Origin: Candidatus Methanogranum sp.
GTDB lineage: Archaea > Thermoplasmatota > Thermoplasmata > Methanomassiliicoccales > Methanomethylophilaceae
DNA length: 64,000 nucleotides
Direction of reading: 5' to 3'
NCBI GenBank assembly: GCA_050309445.1
Contig: JBNRMI010000023.1
Location: 29,089-93,088 of the forward strand
Shown: piece by piece, positions 57,462 through 64,000 of the stretch
Layout: the number at the start of each line of letters is the position of its first letter
How positions within the stretch are numbered: position 1 is the first letter of the stretch
Translations under genes and position numbers: made by a program
The notes under the pieces: generated by a model
The model's database searches: none
What the model was told of the DNA's origin: nothing
The model's input: only the letters and a program-made list of their open reading frames with translations

Positions 57462-58712
57462 ATGACTCTGACGCCGGAGGAGGTTCTTCAGGAGGCGCTG
57501 AGGACGCATCCCTGCTACAACGAGGCGGCTCACCGCGAGTTCGCCAGGATGCATCTGCCCGTCGCCCCCGCCTGCAACATACAATGCAACTACTGTGACC
57601 GGCGGTACGATTGCTGCAACGAATCCCGCCCGGGCGTGACCAGCGAGGTGCTGTCGCCGCAGGCCGCGGCCGACAAGGTCGCCTATGTCAGGGAGCGCAT
57701 CCCCGCCCTGAGCGTGATCGGCATCGCCGGCCCGGGGGATCCGCTGGCCAACAAGGCGACTTTCGAGACGATGGAGCTGATCCGGGAGCGTTTCCCCGAT
57801 CTCACGCTGTGCCTCTCGACCAACGGGCTGATGCTGCCCGGCAACGAGCAGCGCCTGTTCGACCTGGGGGTGCGTTTCGTCACCGTGACGATGAACGCGG
57901 ACGACCCGGACATCGGCGCCGAGGTCTACGAGTACGTCAACTTCGACGGCAGGCGGTACACCGGCCGGGAGGGGGCGGGGATCCTCATCGGCCGGCAGAA
58001 GGAGGGGATCGGGCGCTGCGTCGAGCTGGGGATGATGGTCAAGGTCAATATCGTCATGATCCCCGGCGTCAATGATGCGCACATACCCGACCTGGTCAGA
58101 TCGGTCAAGGCGCTGGGCGTCTACATCATCAACATCCTGCCGCTGATCCCTGTCGAGGGCACGCGGTTCGGGGAGCTGCGCGCACCCACCTCCCGGGAGC
58201 GCAAGGACCTCATCGACCGGTGCTCGGTCGACGCGCGGATGATGCGCCACTGCAAGCAATGCCGCGCCGATGCCATCGGCCTGCTGGGGGACGACCGCTC
58301 GGCCGAGTTCGCGCATATAGGCGCCTGCGGCGACCGGTGCGGCGGACCCGTGCCCGCGGCGGACGTCGCCCTGGCCGGCACCGGCCCTATCGCGGTGGCC
58401 ACCTCCGACGGGGAGCGGGTCGATGCGGGCTTCGGCAACACCCTGCGCTTCGACGTCTACGCTACGGATGCGGACGTTCCGCGGCTAATCCGGACGGTGG
58501 ACGTGAACACCGACGCCGCGGTCGCGGGCGAGGAGCATCAGGCCCATATCGCCGCCATCATCGCCGAGCTGGAGGACTGCGGCACAGTGATCGTCAGGGA
58601 GATCGGACCGCTGCCGCGGAGCCTGCTCGAGGCCGCCGGCAAGAGGATCGTCATCTCCGACCGCGGCGTGAGTGAGGCGTTGGATTCCGCGACCGCTTCA
58701 CAGTCTATATAA
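57462..58712 (+). CDS. nifB: Radical SAM FeMo-cofactor-type cluster maturase NifB, with fused C-terminal NifX-like domain
   Basis: HPCYNEAAHREFARMHLPVAPACNIQCNYCDRRYDCCNESRPGV is the canonical NifB N-terminus. Also TVTMNA, NIVMIPGVND and HCKQCRADAIG. The last ~115 aa (IAVATSDGERVDAGFGNTLRFDVY...) resemble the NifX/NafY fold. An AT-rich TATA lies 25-40 nt upstream. Confidence 0.85.
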   Translation: MTLTPEEVLQEALRTHPCYNEAAHREFARMHLPVAPACNIQCNYCDRRYDCCNESRPGVTSEVLSPQAAADKVAYVRERIPALSVIGIAGPGDPLANKATFETMELIRERFPDLTLCLSTNGLMLPGNEQRLFDLGVRFVTVTMNADDPDIGAEVYEYVNFDGRRYTGREGAGILIGRQKEGIGRCVELGMMVKVNIVMIPGVNDAHIPDLVRSVKALGVYIINILPLIPVEGTRFGELRAPTSRERKDLIDRCSVDARMMRHCKQCRADAIGLLGDDRSAEFAHIGACGDRCGGPVPAADVALAGTGPIAVATSDGERVDAGFGNTLRFDVYATDADVPRLIRTVDVNTDAAVAGEEHQAHIAAIIAELEDCGTVIVREIGPLPRSLLEAAGKRIVISDRGVSEALDSATASQSI

Positions 58713-58750
58713 ACAAAGATATTATCCCATCGTACATCGGAGAGCTCAAG

Positions 58751-60514
58751 ATGGATGCACAAGGATTAAGAGAGGCGTATGTCGACTTCTTCAAGGAGCG
58801 GGGGCATGCGCACATCAGGCCGGCCTCGCTCATACCCGAGAACGACCCGACCGTACTGTTCACGACCGCCGGCATGCACCCGCTGGTGCCCTACCTCCTG
58901 GGGGAGCGGCACCCGGAGGGCAGGCGGCTGGTCAACTTCCAGAAATGCATCAGGACCGGAGATATCGACGAGGTCGGCGACGAAGGGCATCTGACCTTCT
59001 TCGAGATGCTGGGCAACTGGTCGCTCGGCGATTACTTCAAAGAGGAGTCGATCCGCTTCAGCTTCGACTTCCTGCGCGATGTGTTGCGGATACCTCTGGA
59101 GAACCTGGCGGTCACCGCCTTCGAGGGCATCGACGGCATCCCGCGCGACGAGGAGACCGCATCCTACTGGCGGGAGCTCGGCATCCCCGACGACCGCATC
59201 TTCTTCTACGGCATGGAGGACAACTGGTGGGGCCCGGCCGGTCAGACCGGCCCCTGCGGCCCGGACACCGAGATCTTCTATGATGACGGCAGGCCCGCCT
59301 GCGGTCCGGATTGCGGTCCGGCCTGCGGCTGCGGCAGGTACACCGAGATCTGGAACAACGTCTTCATGGAGTACTTCAAGGACAAGGACGGGAGGTTCGT
59401 CCCGCTGGAGCACAGGAACGTCGACACCGGCATGGGGCTGGAACGGGTGCTGCGCATCCTGGAGGGCGAGGAGACCGTCTACGGGACCGAGCTCTTCCGC
59501 CCCATCATCGCCGAGCTGGAGGAGATCTCCGGCAGACGCTGCGATGACGATGCGCGCTCGTTCAGGATCATCGCCGACCACCTGCGGGCGGCCGTCTTCC
59601 TGCTGGGCGACGGCGTGGTGCCCTCCAGGATGGGCCAGGGCTACATCCTCCGCCGGCTGATCCGGCGGGCCAGCCGCTACATGTCCAAGCTCGGCTACGA
59701 CGGGCTGTTCATGCACCGGATCGCCGAGGTCGTCATCCGCGACTACTCCTCGGCGTACCCGGAGCTGGAGGCGAACCGGGAGGCGATCGTCGCCGGCATC
59801 TCCGCCGAGGAGGAGGGCTTCCACAAGACCCTCTCCAAGGGCCTGCGGAGGTTCGACGAGGTCGTCGAAGGATGCGCCGGCGGGGCCATCATGGACGGCG
59901 AGTCCGTCTTCAGGCTGTACGACACCTTCGGCTTCCCGGTGGAGCTGACCTGCGAGCTCGCGGCGGAGCGGGGGCTGTCGGTCGACCTCGACGACTTCGA
60001 CCGCAGGTTCAGGGAGCATCAGGAGCGCTCGCGCGCCGGCGCGGGCTCGTTCAAGGGCGGCCTGGCCGACCACACCGAGGAGACCACCCGGCTGCACACC
60101 GCCACCCATCTGCTCAACGCCGCGCTGACCAGCGTCGTCGACCCGGGGATCAGGCAGCGCGGCAGCAACATCACCGCCGAGCGGCTCAGATTCGATTTCA
60201 ACTTCGACCGCAAGCTGACCCCCGAGGAGATCGCCGCGGTCGAGGACTTCGTCAACGCCGCCATCGAGGCCGATCTCCCGGTCGTCTGCGAAGAGATGGA
60301 GATGGAGGCCGCCAAGGAGGCGGGGGCGATCGGGGTCTTCGACGACAAGTACGACCACGTGGTCAAGGTCTACGGCATCGGCGACGTGTCGCTCGAACTG
60401 TGCGGCGGGCCGCACGTCGAGCGCACCGGCGAGATCGGCAGGTTCAGGATCACCAAGGAGAGCAGCTCGGCCGCCGGCGTCAGGCGCATAAGGGCCACGG
60501 TCGGCAGGGACTGA
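58751..60514 (+). CDS. alaS: Alanyl-tRNA synthetase, bacterial-type but short (587 aa): catalytic, tRNA-recognition and minimal editing core only
   Basis: FFKERGHAHIRPASLIPENDPTVLFTTAGM, FFEMLGNWSLGDYFK, and WWGPAGQTGPCGPDTEIFYD. The editing core has HTATHLL...CGGPH, and the protein ends ...GVRRIRATVGRD. No beta-barrel segment before HTATH, and no C-Ala domain. Confidence 0.85.
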   Translation: MDAQGLREAYVDFFKERGHAHIRPASLIPENDPTVLFTTAGMHPLVPYLLGERHPEGRRLVNFQKCIRTGDIDEVGDEGHLTFFEMLGNWSLGDYFKEESIRFSFDFLRDVLRIPLENLAVTAFEGIDGIPRDEETASYWRELGIPDDRIFFYGMEDNWWGPAGQTGPCGPDTEIFYDDGRPACGPDCGPACGCGRYTEIWNNVFMEYFKDKDGRFVPLEHRNVDTGMGLERVLRILEGEETVYGTELFRPIIAELEEISGRRCDDDARSFRIIADHLRAAVFLLGDGVVPSRMGQGYILRRLIRRASRYMSKLGYDGLFMHRIAEVVIRDYSSAYPELEANREAIVAGISAEEEGFHKTLSKGLRRFDEVVEGCAGGAIMDGESVFRLYDTFGFPVELTCELAAERGLSVDLDDFDRRFREHQERSRAGAGSFKGGLADHTEETTRLHTATHLLNAALTSVVDPGIRQRGSNITAERLRFDFNFDRKLTPEEIAAVEDFVNAAIEADLPVVCEEMEMEAAKEAGAIGVFDDKYDHVVKVYGIGDVSLELCGGPHVERTGEIGRFRITKESSSAAGVRRIRATVGRD

Positions 60515-60565
60515 CCCGGGCACCGACGCGGAACGGCGCAAGGAACCGTGCAGAGAAGGTCAGGA

Positions 60566-60641
60566 TGGTGGACTGGACGCGATTTGAACGCGCGACTTCT
60601 TGCTTGCAAAGCAAGCGATCTACCAGCTGATCTACCAGCCC
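60566..60641 (-). tRNA. tRNA-Ala (UGC) with G3:U70 and encoded CCA
   Basis: The reverse complement is GGGCTGGTAGATCAGCTGGTAGATCGCTTGCTTTGCAAGCAAGAAGTCGCGCGTTCAAATCGCGTCCAGTCCACCA. Anticodon loop TTTGCAA. TATA CATATATATTTATT lies ~25-35 nt upstream. Confidence 0.92.
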
Positions 60642-60741
60642 ACGGATTTCATGATTCGGGCAATAAATATATATGTTTCGCTAAGATTTAGCTAGAGGAT
60701 ACGCGTATCGGAGCCTGCGGGCAGTCCGGGAGTTGAGAGGT

Positions 60742-61539
60742 ATGTACGGCAAGAGTATCAGACTGGAGAGGATCGTCGACCGGCGCACAGGGAACTGCGT
60801 CATCGTGCCCATGGACCACGGCGTCTCGATCGGTCCCACGGAAGGGCTCATCGACATGAAGAAGACCGTCGATGATGTGGCCAACGGCGGTGCGACCGCC
60901 GTGCTCATGCATAAGGGCCTGATCCGTTTCAGCCACCGCACCAGCGGTCGCGACATCGGTCTGATCCTGCATCTGTCGGCATCCACCGACCTGGGCGTGA
61001 CCTCCGACAGCAAGACCCTGGTCGCCGGCGTCGATGAGGCGCTGAAGGTCGGCGCCGATGCGGTGTCGGTCCACCTGAACGTGGGCGCCGAGACGGAGGC
61101 GACGATGCTCTCCGACCTGGGCATGATCGCCGAGGACTGCGCCGACTGGGGCATGCCGCTGATCGCGATGGCCTACCCGCGCGGACCCAAGATCGTGGAT
61201 TCGTACGATCCGGCGGCGGTCGCCCATGCGGCCCGGGTGGCGACCGAGCTGGGCGCGGACATCGTCAAATGCAGTTACACCGGGGACGTGAAGAGCTTCG
61301 AGAAGGTGGTCGACGGGGCGCTCGCCCCGCTGGTGATCGCCGGCGGCCCCAAGATGAAGTCCGACATGGACATACTCAACATGGTCTACGACTCGCTCCA
61401 GGCCGGAGGCAAGGGCGTCTCGATCGGACGCAACATCTTCCAGCATCAGAACGTCGAGGCGATGACCCGGGCCATCTCGGACATCGTCCTCAACGATGCC
61501 ACGGTCAAAGAAGCCTGCGAGACCCTGGGATGCCAATGA
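60742..61539 (+). CDS. aroA': 2-amino-3,7-dideoxy-D-threo-hept-6-ulosonate (ADH) synthase, class I aldolase (archaeal AroA')
   Basis: GKSIRLERIVDRRTGNCVIVPMDHGVS, ADIVKCSYTG and GVSIGRNIFQ match the DhnA/MJ0400 family. It lies directly before DHQ synthase II. The track start is TTG 60733. Confidence 0.8.
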   Translation: MYGKSIRLERIVDRRTGNCVIVPMDHGVSIGPTEGLIDMKKTVDDVANGGATAVLMHKGLIRFSHRTSGRDIGLILHLSASTDLGVTSDSKTLVAGVDEALKVGADAVSVHLNVGAETEATMLSDLGMIAEDCADWGMPLIAMAYPRGPKIVDSYDPAAVAHAARVATELGADIVKCSYTGDVKSFEKVVDGALAPLVIAGGPKMKSDMDILNMVYDSLQAGGKGVSIGRNIFQHQNVEAMTRAISDIVLNDATVKEACETLGCQ

Positions 61540-62549
61540 ACAAGGAGCTGTGGGTCAGAGCCGACATCCCCGATGACAGGGATGCGCGGAAGGATCTGGT
61601 CACCAGCGCTCTGGAGAGCGGGATCGGGACGGCCATCGTGCGGCGCGAGGACGCCGACTTCGCCGGACTCGGCAGCATCGAGCTCGTCTTCAACGACACG
61701 TTCGGCCCGGACGGCGACTGCGTCTACGCCGAGCTGAAGGACCCGTCCGACCAGGATGCCGTGCTGGATCTGGCCGGCAGATGCGGCACGGTCATCCTCG
61801 GCACCTCCGACTGGACCATCATCCCGCTGGAGAACATGATCGCGAGGTTCCGCGACACCGGCACCCGCATCTTCGCCTGCGCCTCGGACGTCGAGGAGGC
61901 GATGACCTACATCACCACCCTGGAGAAGGGCGTGGACGGCATCGTCATCGACGTCGCCGACGGCGCCGCCGTGCGGGCCTTCGCCGATCTGAAGCTGTCA
62001 TCGGCCGATGTGGAGCTGGTGACGCTGGAGGTGACCGCGGTGCGGCCGATCGGCATGGGCGACCGCGTCTGCGTCGACACCGTGTCGATGATGCGCCCCG
62101 GCGAGGGGATGCTCATCGGCTCGGCGGCCTCCTGCCTCTTCCTAATCCAATCGGAGAGCGAGGACAACGGCTACGTCAACGCCAGGCCCTTCCGGGTCAA
62201 CGCCGGCGCCGTGCACGCCTATGTGCACGGGCCGGACGGGAGGACGAGGTACCTCTCGGAGCTCAAATCGGGCGAGGAGATCGTGCTGGTCGACAGTCAC
62301 GGCAGCACCCGCGCCTCCAGCGTCGGACGGTGCAAGATCGAGCGGCGGCCGATGCTCATCATCGAGGCGACCGACGGGGAGTCGGTGCATTCGACCATCG
62401 TGCAGAACGCCGAGACGGTGAGGCTGGTGGGTCCCGCGGGATCCATATCGGTCGCGGACATCGGGCCCGGTGACGAGGTCTACGCGCGGCTCGAGTCGGG
62501 CGGCCGGCACTTCGGCATGAAGATCGACGAGACGATCCGAGAGATATGA
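61536..62549 (+). CDS. aroB': 3-dehydroquinate synthase II (archaeal AroB')
   Basis: 337 aa from MNKELWVRADIPD. ATGA overlap with aroA'. Length and context (MJ1249 type) fit. The track ORF begins upstream in the same frame, inside aroA'. Confidence 0.75.
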   Translation: MNKELWVRADIPDDRDARKDLVTSALESGIGTAIVRREDADFAGLGSIELVFNDTFGPDGDCVYAELKDPSDQDAVLDLAGRCGTVILGTSDWTIIPLENMIARFRDTGTRIFACASDVEEAMTYITTLEKGVDGIVIDVADGAAVRAFADLKLSSADVELVTLEVTAVRPIGMGDRVCVDTVSMMRPGEGMLIGSAASCLFLIQSESEDNGYVNARPFRVNAGAVHAYVHGPDGRTRYLSELKSGEEIVLVDSHGSTRASSVGRCKIERRPMLIIEATDGESVHSTIVQNAETVRLVGPAGSISVADIGPGDEVYARLESGGRHFGMKIDETIREI

Positions 62550-63862
62550 TGACCAGGATCTGCGCCTCGCTGAGCGGTTTCACCGGGGCGGAGGACCTCA
62601 CCGGAGCGGACCTGGTGGAGATCAGGCTCGATCTGCTGGGCGGCGTGCCGCCGATCGGAGACCGGGAGATGCTGGTCACCTTCCGGGACGGAGTGGACCT
62701 GTCGGTCCTGCCCGAGGGGTTCGACGGCATGATCGACATCGGCGAGGAGCCGCGGCCCGATACGGACCTGACCGTGGTCTCCTCCTATCATGATTACGAG
62801 GCGACGCCGTCCTGCGACCGCATCGTCTCCCGCCTGAAGGCGATGCCAGGTGACATCCTCAAGGGCGCTTTCAGGGTCAACGGGTTCAGTGACCTCAGGG
62901 AGCTGCGTCTGGCCGCGGATGCCCTGGAAGGACGGCATGTCCTCCTGGGCATGGGGGAGTTCGGGCGGATCACACGGGTGCGCGGCGCCCTGCTGGGCAA
63001 CGAATTCACCTTCGCCAGCGTCGGCGAGCCGACCGCGCCGGGGCAGATCGGCCTCGCCGAGATGGCGGCGCTCGGAGACGACTGCCTGGTCCTGGGCATC
63101 GTCGGCGACCCGCTCTCGCGGTCGATGTCCCCCGTCATGCAGCGGGCGGCATTGGAGAGCGAGGGGCTGGCGGGGGTCTACCTGCGCTTCGAGACGGATG
63201 ACCTCCGGCACTGCGCCGAGGTCGTCCGCGGTTACGGTATCAGGGGATTGAACATCACCATCCCCCACAAGGAGGCGGTGATCGGCCAGATGGACCGGCT
63301 GGATACTACGGCGGAGGCGGTCGGTGCGGTCAACACCGTGGTCAACGACGACGGCGTGCTGACCGGCCACAACACCGATGTCGAGGGCGTCCGCATCGCC
63401 CTCGGCCTCAACTGCTTCGACCCCGACGGCCGACGGGCGGTGATCATGGGCAGCGGGGGCGCCGCCAGGGCCTGCGCCTACGCGCTGACGGATATGGGCT
63501 GCAAGGTGACCGTCACCGGCAGGAACGAGGAGACGGCGGCCGGACTGGCCGCCGACCTGGGCTGCGAGCACCGGCCGGTGTCATCGGTGGCGCTGAGGCT
63601 GTACGACCTGGTGGTCAACTGCACCCCGGTGGGCATGTACGGCGACGGAGCCTATCCGCTGGACCTCACGCACGTGAACCGGCATCAGACCGTCTTCGAT
63701 GTCGTCTACGGTTCCGAGACCCCGCTCATCACCGCCGCACGCGCGGCGGGAGCGGCGGTGATCACCGGGACGGACATGCTCGCCGGACAGGGTGCGGCGG
63801 CGTTCGGCCTGTGGACCGGATCCCGCGATGTGTTCGATGTCATGAAGGATGCGCTGATATGA
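62546..63862 (+). CDS. aroDE: Fused type I 3-dehydroquinate dehydratase / shikimate dehydrogenase
   Basis: The N-terminal ~190 aa have SSYHDYEATP, DILKGAF and APGQ (type I DHQase). The C-terminal ~245 aa have GIVGDPLSRSMSPVMQ, NITIPHK, GAVNTV, GHNTD and MGSGGAARA (AroE). Confidence 0.85.
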   Translation: MMTRICASLSGFTGAEDLTGADLVEIRLDLLGGVPPIGDREMLVTFRDGVDLSVLPEGFDGMIDIGEEPRPDTDLTVVSSYHDYEATPSCDRIVSRLKAMPGDILKGAFRVNGFSDLRELRLAADALEGRHVLLGMGEFGRITRVRGALLGNEFTFASVGEPTAPGQIGLAEMAALGDDCLVLGIVGDPLSRSMSPVMQRAALESEGLAGVYLRFETDDLRHCAEVVRGYGIRGLNITIPHKEAVIGQMDRLDTTAEAVGAVNTVVNDDGVLTGHNTDVEGVRIALGLNCFDPDGRRAVIMGSGGAARACAYALTDMGCKVTVTGRNEETAAGLAADLGCEHRPVSSVALRLYDLVVNCTPVGMYGDGAYPLDLTHVNRHQTVFDVVYGSETPLITAARAAGAAVITGTDMLAGQGAAAFGLWTGSRDVFDVMKDALI

Positions 63863-64000
63863 GAGGAGAGGGGATATCGTACGGAGCGGTGACCGTCGTC
63901 AACGCCATGCCCACCGGCATGGGCGCGACGGTCGGCGTGGAACTGAGGACCCGGGCCCGTTTCTCCCCCGGCGGGGAGAGGAGGCGGGTGACCATCGTCA
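63859..64000 (+). CDS. Archaeal GHMP-type shikimate kinase, N-terminal fragment (runs off the window)
   Basis: The ATG overlaps the aroDE stop (ATGA). MRGEGISYGAVTVVNAMPTGMGATVGVEL resembles the MJ1440-type N-terminus. Only 47 codons are visible. Confidence 0.55.
   Translation, partial: MRGEGISYGAVTVVNAMPTGMGATVGVELRTRARFSPGGERRRVTIV

Noticed and set aside
58766-60541. 591-aa minus-strand ORF opposite alaS
   Set aside because: It is a mirror frame of an unmistakable AlaRS. The same reasoning applies to 40029-41753, 31146-32642, 38492-40018, 37036-38307 and similar track entries.

Overview
Strongly GC-rich archaeal chromosome segment (third codon positions are almost all G/C; GC content not calculated). 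It is almost certainly from a methylotrophic methanogen of the Methanomassiliicoccales/Thermoplasmata type. Supporting signs: an mcrBDGA operon without mcrC, mcrC coupled to atwA instead, an MtaA/MtbA-type methyltransferase, a stand-alone 23S rRNA with no 16S or 5S nearby, and first genes of operons that sit about 25-30 nt behind a TATA box. All calls come from reading the ORF translations and DNA by eye and from remembered family motifs; no database search was possible.

Content:
- 1-17.5 kb, methanogenesis island: mcrC(partial)-atwA; four poorly characterised genes including ycaO; mcrBDGA plus a small fifth gene; DUF169; mtaA-like; a metallophosphoesterase; and a FecBCD/BtuFCD-type ABC importer with two paralogous binding proteins behind identical 24-bp promoter/operator boxes.
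- 17.5-37 kb, housekeeping: RecJ-like DHH, argF, tRNA-His, rtcB, HD and PUA proteins, Isf, Mrp/NBP35 plus a NifX-like protein, queE/C/D, MtxX-like, dph2, uL16, RNase P Rpr2, YhbY, serS, an aminotransferase and mvk.
- 37-40 kb, lipid operon: tes, a small ferredoxin missing from the ORF track, and geranylgeranyl reductase.
- 40.1-44.2 kb: a very large unrecognisable N-terminally anchored protein with a lamin-tail (LTD) domain, split by a frame junction.
- 44-53.6 kb: Nog1 GTPase, PolD large subunit, rpoD-uS11-uS4-uS13, tRNA-Leu, map, tsaC and an MBL hydrolase.
- 53.7-56.6 kb: 23S rRNA with a long processing stem.
- 56.9-64 kb: UPF0216, a NifB-NifX fusion, a short bacterial-type AlaRS, tRNA-Ala, and archaeal aroA'-aroB'-aroD/E(fusion)-aroK.

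No CRISPR array, transposase, integrase or recognisable defence system was seen.

Best candidates for new biology:
- the unknown protein coupled to ycaO, and the wHTH plus Cys-rich gene pair inside the MCR maturation neighbourhood;
- the giant LTD protein;
- the NifB/NifX-type cluster-assembly genes in a window with no nitrogenase genes.
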